Positions 50,347 through 64,000 of a stretch of 64,000 nt of DNA are shown here, in pieces. The DNA is from Owenia fusiformis. Lineage: Eukaryota. Within the stretch, counting starts at the first letter, position 1. The number at the start of each line of letters is the position of its first letter. Made by a program: the position numbers and the translations under genes. The DNA lies in NCBI GenBank assembly GCA_903813345.2, contig CAIIXF020000001.1:17856001-17920000 (forward strand), given 5' to 3'. The notes beneath the pieces were generated by a model, which worked only from the letters and a program-made list of their open reading frames with translations, searched no databases and was not told the DNA's origin.

Positions 50347-51939
50347 TGCCTGGGTCACATAGCCGCCGGGCGCCGGCCGATGAATAGTCATCGGTCGATT
50401 TCTAAATCGACCGGGCGCCGGTGACTTTTCACCGATGTCTTGATCTAATCGTGAGTATGGTCACATTAGTACAGGCATCGTACGGCGCCCGCAATCAATT
50501 GAATCTGAAAGACATCGCACGGGTATCGCAAGGCTATCTGCCGATGGCCGTACGACACCCGCCAGGACATCGGTCGATCTACAGGCCTCTAGATTTACAC
50601 TAAATTCTTGTATGACCCAGTATGACTGTTCCACATGGCGTGAATGCAAGATTTGAAAACGAAATACTTCGATAGACAGGACTTCCAGGATAATAATGTT
50701 TTCATGCAATAAAAATCAGAAAAAGAAAATCCTTTTTGAGTAAATAGGTTCAATATTTAGAAAAAATGCTGACATGGGTCCCTATTCATAACTATCATGG
50801 GTACTTCAATTGAAAGAAAACATTGTTTTAATAAAAACACTGTATTTATGCCCAGAAAGTACTCATGGTGAAAGATATGACCGTCTAAAATCACTTGCCG
50901 CAATGCACGTGGTCTTTTCATCAAAGTGCACCCTGACCTTAATTAATTTTTAGATCTTTCATATAAACAAATACTATGTCTACCTGTCCATCCGATGCTA
51001 TTTGCAAAATTCCATATTTCTGCATCTTTCTTTTGTCTGTTCTCGTAAAGAGAATTTGTTTGGTCATAAAAATATGGCCTATCTTCAAAGAAATTGGCAA
51101 TTTTTCTTCTATTTCAAGTGGAGTACCCTCTTCCCTAGACACATCTAAATCTTCATCATCCACCAGCTCACTAGCATTGTTATTGTCTTTTTCCACCTGT
51201 CTTCCAAAGGCCTTCCTCATATATTGCCCATTGGCCTTATCCCCTCTATCCTTATCCTTTGGCATATTAACTGTAATTGAGAAATTGAGACAGTGAACTT
51301 TCGTATTAAAATTGTGACCCTTGAAAACAATTTTTGTACTCACAAAAACATTCAGAAGATTTTTAAAATAAATTTGTAATGATATATGCATGAGTGAATA
51401 TACGCATAAAAATGTATCACTCTATTCAATGTGTATGATGTCAATATAAGATCGACTAGATCAACCCACCCCCCAGCCATTCAAATGTGTGTCATTGTTT
51501 AGCCTAATCGTTCCATTTATGTTTTATAAAAAATCTCTGACAGTGTGTAGTAATTATAATTCCTTACCTCATTATCTTTAGAACCTTTATATCACTTTAT
51601 AAGTAATCATTATTAAGATTTATCAAACAAATCAGCACGTAAAATCCCAAGATGACCGTGCGATGCCACCGGGCGCCGTAAGATAATCGTACGATGACCG
51701 GACGGGACACGGACGGGAAGGTACCGATGCGTTTGGTTGAGAAAAAATCGCCAAGACATCGGCAACTTTTATCATCGCGATAAAACTCTGCCGGCGCCCG
51801 TACGATGTCTAAAAATCGGCCGATAAGTGGCGATCATCGTCCGGCGCCCGTACGATGCCCGGGCTCGCCGGCCGATTTTGAACAAAATACTCATCGGCCG
51901 GGCGCCGTAGTGAAAATCGGAGCCTATGTGACCAAGGCA
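50347..51939 (-). mobile_element. PIF/Harbinger element, deleted derivative
   Basis: TIR TGCCT(G/T)GGTCACATAG, TAA/TTA flanks, GC-rich subterminal CGGCGCCC repeats, and a frameshifted MADF/Myb-SANT-like remnant. Confidence 0.8.
50984..51265 (-). pseudogene. Harbinger DNA-binding (MADF/Myb-SANT-like) protein remnant
   Basis: MPKDKDRG...TPLEIEEK, then a one-base shift gives IANFFEDRPYFYDQTNSLYENRQKKDAEIWNFANSIGWT|gt. Confidence 0.65.
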
Positions 51940-53983
51940 TTATCGAGGCTAAATGAATTCCTCATCTTTTGATATATCCTGTATAACAATTGGTTTATCT
52001 ATGTGATCCTAAAAACTAATACAAGTGTCTCAGTTTCTATTGTCCACCCTGTATAATTAAAATGTTTCAACAGTTTACCTTTTTACAACTAATTAAGTTT
52101 TTTAAATACTCAAAGTATTGAAGTTACGTATATTTGGCTAACTAATTATTTAAACATATAATGTGAAGCCTTGACGTTCGCACCTTACACGGGGCCTTTA
52201 ATATTATTTTGATAGCATTGGATAAAACTACACAATACGTCAAATTGGTTTATTCCTTAATCGGGGCCTTTAATATATAATTGTAACGCTAACATCTCCT
52301 TAACTTAATTTCATATATTGTTTATTGCATCATATTCTACCGTAGTGTTAACTATTCTTTTTGTACTGTTCTACAAATGAATGGTAAAGTAATGCCTGTG
52401 CAGGACCTTCAGAATCTAGAATGAATTAATTTTACATTTCTATGAGATTGCTTGGCCCACGTGTCAGCTTTTATCAAATCAATGAACCAAGGCCATATTG
52501 ACACAGACAAGTCTAGGAAACTCCAGGTGCTTGTTGCCGGGGGCTTCAAATGGGCATTTATTGACTGTGTAAAAAGGTTCGAAAATTGAATTGACACAAA
52601 GGGAATGGGTATTAGTATACTTTTTTCTAAACTCAACAGATTAAAGCTAACTATTGGCATGATGGCTTAAATGTGGGACTTTTAATACCATTGTCTAATG
52701 GTTAGTTTTCAACATATTTCAGACATCACACACCAACAGAAGCTCTACGAAGCCAAGCCAACGCGACAGCCCCATCTCATCAAACAAAATCAGAGAGCTC
52801 CAAATGATACAATGTATTATGGCGCAATCTGATCCTCTCATTAAATCCATAATCAAAAAGTAGCCATAAATAAATCAAAAGTGGGAATATATATATGCAT
52901 GTGTTCGCATATTGCCCCATTATTTTAGATTGTTGTAAGTTGTCAATAATATAAGTACAGTGTAGGTAGGCTAATTAGTTTTTGAAATTGTTGTAACCGG
53001 AAATGTTACCAACCAATAGAACGGAAATGATATCAAGTAGGTATGTTTTTACATTGAGTTTTTGACATTGCTGTAGCTGGAAATTTTACCAAGTAAATAC
53101 TGAATGTTCTACCTTTGTGATGTTTTAGGCTTTTCCATTGATGAAGTGCTATGAAGTTATATATAAAGTTTGGAAATACAGTTTTGCGTAAAAATATAGG
53201 GATACCAATGGGGACACTGAGATTGCGGTCCTCTTTGAGCAGACCTTTTTCTATTTTCTTACTAATATACGTTTTTATATACAAAGGATGTTAAATTGTA
53301 AAGCTAAGTTTCACATTGCTAAGTTATTTAATAAGACAGATACAAAATATGACACGTCAAATTTATATACTAGTAATCTCTTTTTTCCATATGTTTTCCT
53401 GACAGACTAGCTAACTAATATATCTATCTGGTACTTAATTTGAGACATGACTAATATCCGTGTTAAATTGTTGCTTTGAATAACATTCTGTTTATATTTA
53501 TTATTAAAAAAACTCCAAGAGATTTATTTATCTCACTTCAAGAAGAATTGTAAAATTGATTCCTGCATATTATGCCACCCTGTTACACTGCTGACTTAAA
53601 GCTGAAAGTTAAATGATGACTTCAGTATGTATGAAATGTTTCTTTGTGCTGTGGTCTCAAATTGTGACAATGGTACTATACTGGTTGGGGGAGGGAGTAT
53701 TTCTCTTCACGTCAGATCATGGGTTTGGACAATTTGTTTTTTTACAAGGGTTGTACTCGTATGTTTTTTTCTTGCTCTTGCCCTTGCTCTGTAATACTCC
53801 TGGCCCTTTCCCCTTGGCACTTGTACATGCCTATTTCTCGATATTGCTGTTACTGGGAATATTACCGAGCAAAAATGCTTAATAGTTTCCGATATTGCTT
53901 TTATTGGAAACATCACCAAGCAGAAATATTACAAAGTGATCATGCTTAAACTAGTTTTTGGTATTCCTATATTTCAAATGTTA

Positions 53984-54769
53984 GTTCTCACTACGTTCTC
54001 GAAAACGGGCTTGAACTGTGTACGAACGGACTGGACGTACTAAAAACCGTTTGGGGTCTATTTACAAACTTCATCGAACGTACTCGAACGGGTAGGTCCT
54101 CTAGAACTTAGAACATGCTCAAAATTTTCTCGTGGTCGATACGTTCTACAATTAGAACGAGTGACAACGTACTAACGACGAGCTGGACGTACTAGGAACG
54201 GAACCGTCATACTTCAATCCTACTAGGGACGTTTTAACAACGAGTTGAACTCTCCGAGGACGTATTGAGAACGAGGTTGAACTAATTGCAAACGTGTTTA
54301 AACTGATTAAGAACGTATTTAAGACTGCTTATGAACGAATTAGCAAAAATATAGCTATCACACCAAACAAGTTGCCACTGCGTTCTTCAAAACTGGTTTT
54401 AACTGTGTGCGAACGGAATGAACGTAGCTGCAACTTTCTATGGTCTATTTACGAACTTCATGGACTTTCCCGGACGGGGAATGTGATTTAGAATTTTGAA
54501 TCGATTCAAAATTCGATGGCGACCATACCGTTCTGTAATCAGGTCATGATGACCTTCTAGACTAAGGGACGCGTTATACACCGTTGCACACCGACGTGGT
54601 GCGACCTGAACGAACTGCGAACGAGATGGACGTATTGAAGACTGTTTATGAACGAAGTAGCTAATTATTTTAGACATATTTCCCGACCACAGCCAGATTG
54701 AGCCCGTTTTACGACATTTTCGTAGGACTGGCAAGAACGGGTAAGAACTAGTTTGGTGTGATAGGGGGG
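53984..54769. mobile_element. Harbinger-like MITE fragment inserted in the repeat array
   Basis: GAACG-rich body, right end gtttggtgtgatagggggg, and TTA on both sides splitting the array unit aaatg-TTA-ccaag; left TIR not recognisable. Confidence 0.45.
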
Positions 54770-56900
54770 TTACCAAGGAAGTATGCCACGACTAGTTTTT
54801 GGGATAGCTTGTTACAGGAAATGTTTCCAAATACGAATGATTTAACTATGTGATATTGCTGTAGCTGGAAATGTTTCGCAGTAAGTATATAAGCACTAGT
54901 GCCAAAGGGAAAGGACTAAAAGTTGTAGTGGAACTTAGCAAGAAAAAGCAAACTCTAAGTGCATACCAGTCAAGAAAAACAAACCCCATATAGCCCAAAA
55001 CCATGATCTAACGTGAAAAGAAACAATGTCTAATACCCCCTTTCCCCCAACCATTCAGGAACCAATATCACAATCCAAGACCAGAAGACCAAGGGACATT
55101 TCATTCATACTGAAGTCATTAAAATACATGTTGAAGAAAAAATTAAAAAAGAATAGTTGTAGATACAAGTACTCATACAAGATGGAGCATTCAGTCTCAA
55201 ATGATGTGGGATAGATAAAATCCGGTCTCCAAGTCCATAAGCGTTTCAAAGGGTCAACATCCATTCACAAAAGCCGTCGCCATAATCCATAAAAACGTGA
55301 AAACTAGTTTTGATATTTCTGGAACTGAAAATGAGACCAAGCAAGCATGCTTAAACTAGTTATTTACAGTGCGTATAAAAAACGCAACATATTTTTATCT
55401 CCGAAAAGCACAAAACCAGTGATAACAGCATTGATTTTATTCAATGCACCATAAATCCACGTGTCTCCTCTTTACAATGATATATCATTCATTGATATTT
55501 GGTCATGGTAGGGCGAGTAATCATACCATTTGCAAAGCTGGCCAAAATTAGCTTGGGACCAAGCATCCCTTTCATTTGATGTACCAAGAATCAACATTAC
55601 TCGTCTTTGCGATGGAATATCATTCATTCACAGGGAGTCATCTCTGGCCGAACAATCATTAATTTTGCAAAGTGGGGCAAAATTCAGCTTGGACCCAAGT
55701 TTCAAACATTGCAAAAGTCAGTACAAGGGGCTATTGGAAGAAGGTGTGACAGGTGTGGCATAGACAGTAAAGTGTTCATACCCATACTCTTGCAAGAATA
55801 CATCCTATACCCCTCCATAAAGATGCGCTCATCTGTTCACGTCATGCATGGTTCAGCCCTGAGTCATCTGTGGGTTAAAGCAGAGAAAAGCAGCCCATTG
55901 GCAATTCTTTCCCGAGGTTTTGCAAAAAAAGTCACAACAATTCAAGTCAGGGGAACTTCCAATGGCACTTAGCACTTGTACCAATATTTGCAATATCTAA
56001 AACTTGGTCCAGAGCCGATTTTGACCCACTGTGCAAATGAAAGGATTTCTCACCCAACCATTACCACATGTGAACGAATGACAAATCATTGCAAAGAGGA
56101 GAGATGTGGCTTTATGGTACATTGAATGAAATTGATGTAGTCATCACTAGTTTTGTGATTTTACGAAATGACTACTTGTTGCCTTTTTTATACGCCCTGT
56201 ATATTGCTGGAACTGAATGTTACCAAGTACGTATGAATTTGTGATATTGCTGGAACGAGATGTGTTACCAAATACGCATGATTTAACTTGTTTGTGATAT
56301 TGCTGCAACTTAAAAAGCATGCTTAAAGAGGAAAACTTCAATTTATTGATACATCCGGGTGTCTTATGTAACGTGTGAAATGCCTACCAGATAACAAACA
56401 GCTTTCAGTGAGGGATGTGGCTTAGCAGTTGTGGGATATTTATAAACATAAGCACAAGTCATCTTGCTGCTATGTTTACATGTTTTAACTTTTGACCCGA
56501 AAGCATTGCAGACTAGGATTGGTCAAATTCAAATTCAACCCATATCCAACTGCTCATATTTAATGAGACCTTTAAAATATTTCTTTTCAAATTTGCTTCA
56601 AATAGTTACATAGAGCGTGAATTTGATTTCATATTTATCTTCATTATGGTTTCATACTTAACTGTAGCAAATTTGGGTCTTTGATGCTTCCTAGAAATCA
56701 TAGTATTGGCAAAATCAAAATTTTGCTGGTTTCAGTGATTCAAACATTTTTAGCAGACATAATTAAGTGTTTTTCCTTTTATACCCAGTTTTCCCTTTAA
56801 AACTAGTTTTTGATGTTGCTGTCACTGGACCTGTTACGAAGTAAGTATGACTATTTTTTTGATATTGCTGTAGTAACTAGAAATGTTTCCATGTCAGTAT

Positions 56901-57432
56901 TGGTGTCTGTAACAAATTCTTAAAACTAACTTAACAAATACTGTTTAGACCGACCTCAGTTTTTTAGAAATCATCAACACGTTTTCAGAAGTTTAAATCT
57001 GACTTTATATTTAAGATCTGACCTTCAGTGAACTTTTCAAGGTCACACAAAATGTAAAAGAGGTCATTTTTCAACTTGTTTCAAATTGACCAATTTTCTT
57101 TCTCAAAATCATCTACAAGTTATAAGAAGTTAAATATGACTTTAGATTTGAGCTTCATTGACCTTCTAAAGTAAAGTTTTCAACTTGCTTCAAATTGACC
57201 AATTTATTTTCAAAATCATCTAGAAGTTCTCAAAAGTTCGAATCCAGCTATAGATTTAACCTTCAATGACATTCTCAAGGTCAAAAAAAATATTTGACCT
57301 TCAATGACCTTCTCAGGGTCCGGTTTTCCAACTTGCTTCAAATTGACCATTTTTTCAAAACCATCTACTCATGAATTCAAACTGACTTGAAATAACAATA
57401 TTGTGAGCAACTAGGTGGTGACATTTTGTCAT
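56901..57432 (-). mobile_element. HINE-like element, homolog of 5330-5710
   Basis: Reverse-complement similarity (ctgtaacaaa.tcttaaaact, ttcaacttgcttcaaattgacca units) and ggtggtgacat end motif. Confidence 0.55.
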
Positions 57433-60400
57433 GTTCGATTTTGGTGTAACTGGATATTTTTTTCCAAGTGAGTATGCTGTAATTTGTTTTTTACATTGTT
57501 GTAACTGGAAATGTAACCAAGCAAGTGTGCTGTATCTAGCTTTTTATATTGCTAGAACTGAAAATGATACCAAGTACGTATGATTTAACTAGTTTTTGAC
57601 ATTTCTGTAACTGGAAGTGTTATATGAATTAACTAGTTTTTCACTTTGGTAATGTTACCAAGTTTGTATGTAGCGTAACAAGTTGTTAATATTGTTGGAA
57701 CTCGAACTGTTTCTAAGTACGTATGATTTAACTAGTTTTTGTTATTGTTTGCACTGGCAATGTTACAAGCATGATTAAATTATCGATCCAACTCTCCGAG
57801 TTGCTCTGGATGGATTAGGACCCTACATCAATACATTTTCAAAAACATCTGTTTTATTTTTAAAAGAGGATCTTGTTTTCCGAATATAATATTATCACAG
57901 CAAGGTATCTATAGTTTCTTCAAAGGTAGATTGGATTGAAATCGTTTGGAAGATAAACGTTAGTGACCAAAATTAGACTGAAAGTAACGGACCCCATGAG
58001 AAAATAACATTTGGTATTTTGTTTTCGACATCATCGCATTTCAGGAATTTAGGTATGTGGAATATTATGACAATTCCTTTTTTATGGCAAGAAAAGTAGT
58101 TTTGAATATTTGTTGAATTTCATCTTACGTTTCAAGTTGATGGAAATGCTACACTCTACATCAAGTTATATGAAACGCATAAAATACTGAAAAGATGTAA
58201 CTGTAATACTTTTACCATACACCATTCTTTATTTCAACCATTTAATTTCATCTTGATACACATATAGCTTCAATTTTATAAAAAAAAAGTCTGATGTCAC
58301 GAGGTAGTCCCGTGTTGTCATTAAGGACGAACTTTTGAAATGCACAAAAAGTCTTAACATAAATCTAAATCTAATGCAAATATTTCTTAGCTAAATTTTC
58401 AACAAACCAAAACTGAATGCTATGGACGTCGGTAACTTTCATCGATATTAACAGCGATTCACTATCAGCTTAATGTGACGTAAGTAGCTTTTGAGCGTTG
58501 GTAATTTGGAAACGTTGGCATGCTTTTTTGTGCACTATGTATTGTATTCATATTACTTAACTTTGATTCATAAGTAAATTGACTTCATCTTGATTCCTTG
58601 CTCGTAACCATCTTTGTTTTCGAATATGATATGATTTGAGAAGAAGAATATGATATACGTTCATACCGTTTTTTTAAAATTCAAATGACAGGACTAACAT
58701 ACAGAGTTGCTTGACGTGCCTGGCAACGAACGTCGACTGATTATTATTACGGTTAGTAATCATGAGACTTAAATCCTATGTACGAGTATGCCAGTAGGCC
58801 ATGGACAGTTCCCTGTTGTGATCTGCTTTAGTCAATTCCGTTAGAAGAATTATATTTAGCTTCACTATAGCATTAGAAGAACATTGTGACTGAGAACTGG
58901 TTCTGAAATATGAAATAACTGCACAGTCACGTAACCTAAGTCAGACCGTTGCTAGGATGTTCAATGGCTGAACTACTTCGGTTATTGACGCTTATTGATG
59001 AATGGTATTGGCGTCAGTTCCTGTGATTTGATTTTGTTGTACAACAGTAAGAGGAGACTGCGTGTCTGTATAGTGGATTTGATACATTGGAACTGTATGT
59101 AATCCATCTCTGTTAGAAATGTAGAAATGATATTGTTTACAATCGAAATAAGATTTAATCATCGTGTCAGTATAGACCATGCATTCTAGGATTAGAATTT
59201 ATTGAATTATTGAACGATATCTCAATCCAATAATGCATTTAGGAATCCTTGTCACGCACGTGAAACAATTTCTGTATCTCGAGTTGAAAAAATATACCGA
59301 TAAATGGAAAATCGTTTACGTAAAGAACAATTAATTACAATCAGGAATGCATTACTCGTACTAAAAAGAATTCCGAAGTAATTTAGCAATTATTTTTTCA
59401 AATTCTAAAAATTCTCTAATTGTAAGATCCATTACACAATAGTTGCATCTAAGTATCTTTAGAGGCTTACTGTCAGAATAAAGTGTGATTTAAATCAACA
59501 GGACATGCATTTCCTATTTAAGAATCTCGTATATTTTCGACTGTAACAAATGCAATACTCATACATCACTACAACCTTCATCTTGGGATCGGTCATTAAG
59601 TACTACGTGTTGTCAAGATCTCTGTAATTTATGTCGAGAGGGAGATAACCCTTGTCTCAATAGCACCAATTCCCCTATGCTAATTAACATAATTTATTCA
59701 CCTTCTTTTTGCTCTATAGAGGTCAAAGAATTCCAGTTAGTACATAGACATGAGCAACGAATTTTATAAAGATAAATCGAATATTGCTTTCTGCGAACAA
59801 AATAAAGAATCTGATTTGAATTGAACAAAGTAGACGCTCTCAGAAGACTATTTTTGACCATTTTTGTCAATTCCAACCGAAAAGTAGTTCCGGTTAATAT
59901 GGTGGACATGATGGACTCAAGAAAAGATGGCGCATTGATGTCCCTCCCACATAACTTTATTCATGTCACGTGGTTCATTTAATTGTCGGTCAAGATGAAC
60001 CGCAATGAATTATGGCTTAACTCAAGACTCAAGAGGAGAAAAAACAATAATCTGTGGCATGCTCTTGAATTTATAAAGGATATACACACGATTAAAAAGA
60101 TTTAGTGCAAAATATTTTTATCCTGTTGAAACAGACTTTATGTCTCGGTAGTCATTGTGTGTTATATGACATAAATACACGAGTGAAAGTAAAACAAACA
60201 AAGAGCTATGCAAACAAAACTAAGTGCAAACTGGGTCAGCAATAAGAGCACAAAGACATATTCCGATAGCACACGAGGCAACGTATCATAATGAAATCAA
60301 ATTAACTATATTAAAGCATAAAACAGACAACCATGAACAATATAAAACAAACTATCTGAGCAATCATCGTCGATAGAAATCGATTTAGTATTCCACCAGT

Positions 60401-63400
60401 AAATGTTCTGAACAAAATATACATGATTTTATAAATTGTGATCCTGGTATCTTAAGTGGCCTTTTGAAGTCACAATTTCTTAAAAACAATAGGGTTTAGT
60501 AGGTTGCAAAACTAGAAATATTCAGTTCAGTTAGAGAATATTATGCAAGTCTTGTGTTGCCTAACGAAGGTAGTTTATATTTATTAGTAGTGCCTGTGAT
60601 CGTTTTAGAATGATCCTGGTACACAACGGTTTAGAGAAGAACTGGGTATTGTTACTCAGGAATATTGTCCAGTTGACCATCCTCGATTTCAATGTGCTGT
60701 TAATTTTTTTCATCAATATATTGTATTGTCATTAATCATTAATAAGAAAAGTTCATGCATGAGGGACCCGATCGCCAGTGGTATTATAGGTGTCCATCGA
60801 TATAGTATTTACAATTCATCATGGTTATATAATTTTATATGCGAAAATGTAAAAAAAGAAAGACAAGAAAAAGTGTCTGCATTTCAAGTGGATCGTTGGG
60901 GAGTGCTGCCTCAAATCTTAATGTAAGGAGGTTTTCATATTTTGCATTTCGCAGTCTGCTCAGGAAATGAACCTCATGCTTTTGTAATCGACAACATGTT
61001 TAATTTCCTAGGAATTAATCTGTCAGAGTCCACTGAATTCCCTTTCTAAACTGAACAATATGAACAGTCATTCGACATGATTTCGTACAATACAAAATAT
61101 GTTAATTACTACAGCAAAAGGTGTATTGATTTTTTAAGTGTCCAATATAATACAAGATAATCCAGATATGTGAGCAACGGTTTACGTCAGATCGCACAGT
61201 GATGTTTATCTTATCTTGCCTTTTAGTTTTGTTGTTATATATTACGTTTTGAGCTAAAAATATATGCTTTACCCTCTTTTCGTATTGTTCAGCTTTTTTG
61301 TCTAAAAATTATTCCTATGTATATTTATGTCACGTGATTATGTCCAACTTTTCTCCTCATTGAAGTGTGTTCCAATGTTTCCAAGTGGAAAGTGGTATTC
61401 ATATTTTTTAGATAAAAGAGTAGATTCTGCCTGTCCAACATCATTTTATATTGCATTCTCTGTCGCATATGCATCGTGTAGTATACACACATTTAATCAA
61501 AGTTTGGGATATGTGGAGTTTGTTTTCGCTATGACTGCCTAAACACTTAGACGTTTCATTTTCTTCCTCTGATTGTAACACTTTTTAGTATTGGACACAT
61601 CGGTATTGCATATTGACACATTTCTGCACATTCCTGTGATCCTAGTATACAGTATATAACACACGATTAAATAGATATCATGGGGCTCATCTTGGGTGAA
61701 GAAATCCTGGGTCTCAAGAATTATATTCAGTAAGATAATTCTATTTTACATATCATATTTCAAAAGCAAAACCGAAATACACCAAATACGGTGGTCCTCG
61801 AGGTGTATTAGTTTGAATGTAATCAGTATCATATTACGGACACGTTGACATACAAGATGAATAATTCAAGACGTTTCTATATCTATTTCACTTGTTATTA
61901 GTTGGAAACAACACGTAATACCTGCAATACACACCAACACAAGTTGTTGTTGAGGTAAATAATGAGAGGCCGGGTGTAAAAGGGTAGGAGGTCCTATCAA
62001 ATTATGGTCCTACTCTCCATTGATTTATATGGTGACCTAAATACAACTCTTTCCCTCATTATCGTATACGCAATCAGGGCCAGTAGGGGCCGTTAAGAAG
62101 GGACCACAATCCCTTGGGGACCATCATTTCTTTCACATCGGTCCAGAGTATTGAAACAAGACTGATATTTGATATAAACAATGCTAATACAGAATCATTA
62201 CAAAGACAAATACGATAGAGAGGTTTTTAAATTGGCAATGCTTTGCACCGATATCTGTCATGAAGATTTTATACTGATACATAGTATTTATCGCTGACAT
62301 CTAGCTTTTTAATCTGTACATTTAGGTGGGAATAGGTTATCCACTTGGTTGTCATGGTTGTCAGCGAAAAGGCATCCACAATGGCTTTCTCCGATTTCAG
62401 ATTTTTTCCAAAATGGTCAGGAATATTATGATTCTGTGAAAAGGAAAATTTAAAAATGTATTTTACTTAATTATAATTTGAAGAGTACATTTGGTTAGGA
62501 AATTCATGGTTCAATCAAGAAAAACGCAATTATGTTTGATTTGAAATCTAATCCGGCTACATAACTTTTACATAAAGGTCCATTTTACCTGTACAATTTG
62601 TTTTCAATGTAGGTCAATGTAGGCATATTCAGAATTCACAATATCAAATTCAACCACCGTTTGACTATAAGTCCTGGAAAATAAAGTCCAGGACGTATCT
62701 ATTGTCCGTCAGTAAATATAGTCCGGGGTTATATTGTATACAATACAGAAAATATGGTCCGGTTAAGATCACGCGCCCTTGGACACCAGATCCGGAGGAC
62801 CTGGTGTCCTAGGGTGTATGGTCCGACGGACCATATATCCAAGGAGACCATATTTACTCTGACATCGGTTTGAACAGATACCAGCTTAGGATGCCATCGA
62901 TTTAGAAGATAATGTAATGAAAAGGTGTGGTTCAAAACATAACTACAATTTGGTCAAAGACATCATTATTTCTAATCACTTAATCACTTATCTATATATT
63001 ATAGAGATTTAATTCATTCCCCGATTTAGATACGCTAATAAGAGAATTTATGATGTGGTGGGTTCAAATGTGGTTTAAAACCGAATATCGGTAATATTTG
63101 CAAGGTATTCATATTTTTTATTAGATTTATTTATTGAACATGATCGTATTGTGAACAAACTGATTATATTTTATCTATCTTTTTGAAGCAGCAGAACGTC
63201 ATTGGGTGCGTTCATTATATGTTAAAATATCAAACATGTAACCAATATCCTGCTGACCAAGGGGTTTAGTGTCTTCCCCACTAATCATTTTCAACCGCCA
63301 AATAGATTTTTTGTTTCGTTATGACCGTCCCTCATCCACACGCGTGATCCACAGTCAATTCTAGATCACATGGCCCCATAATCTATATATCATAATAAAA

Positions 63401-64000
63401 CTGATTGTATTTTGGACTCAGTGACCAAATATTGTCATGATTGCTAAGTGGGAACATCATTTTCGAAGTTATGTTCGGTATTCACCATTACCTCAATTTG
63501 CTTGATTTAAATGGCTGCTATTTGTGTTGCATGCAGAGAGACAGGTATTTATATAATCTATTAATTTGTAGCTCTCTTGATGGTTCATTAATATTCAATA
63601 CACGTTTCTTTCAAATGTCATTAAAGGCTCCATGTAAGGTTTGAAAATATGTTTTTATCATTCATTTACTATTTTCTTGACAATTTGTGGGATAAAAAAG
63701 TTTTTATTTCTCAAATATTCAAATTTCCCGCCATTTTCACAAATAAAAGTTGGACTTTTTTAAAATCATATTATCTTTTAACACCATTGTGAAGATTGAA
63801 CAAAAGACATACTATTCCAATAATAAGATGTTATATATTATATGTGCCACTTAAATGCTTTAGCATATTAAACAAATTCTGCACCCTAAGTGACATCATC
63901 GTGATGTCATTCTTTGCAAACATGTTATGAAAAAGCTAGTTTCTTTTCTATGTCAATCTTTGATTCTAAATATGTAAAACTTTCAAAATAAACCAATTTT

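Larger units (their letters stand above)
52975..57780. repeat. Dispersed and decayed tandem repeat of about 50-55 bp, interrupted by several insertions
   Basis: Recurrent aactagtttttgatattgctgtaactggaaatgttaccaagtacgtatgattt-like units in at least six blocks. Confidence 0.7.

Noticed and set aside
50939..51391. 150-aa host gene
   Set aside because: It lies within Harbinger TIRs, and its recognisable MADF-like part needs a frameshift.

Overview
This is AT-rich, intron-containing animal DNA, probably from a marine invertebrate such as a lophotrochozoan (inferred from the transposon types, not proven). Two host genes lie tail-to-tail. The last four coding exons of an SLC49A4/DIRC2-like lysosomal MFS transporter are on + (5-2203). 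A complete 15-coding-exon LMBRD1 lysosomal cobalamin-export gene is on - (7540-31867, 550 aa, all junctions GT-AG and phase-compatible when assembled by hand). The rest is dense with transposons, including three triple-nested stacks: hairpin element > Kolobok-like > Academ; hairpin element > 7-bp-TSD MITE > CR1 LINE; and Tc1-like > TIR element > TTAA element. Also present are a CAC...GTG element with a 5-bp TSD, hAT, Harbinger and Helentron-like elements, and a tRNA-derived SINE. I found no CRISPR array, rRNA or true tRNA, and I cannot claim a new biological system with confidence. The best leads are a triplicated 3' splice site at LMBRD1 exon 9 with two unproductive decoy acceptors, near-identical inverted elements bracketing exons 6-14 (a back-splicing geometry), a perfect CLEAR palindrome at the LMBRD1 start, a family of A-A'-B...B' hairpin elements with recombinase-site-like junctions, and a 28-residue loop in an intact CR1 reverse transcriptase. 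All calls were made by eye with no database searches.
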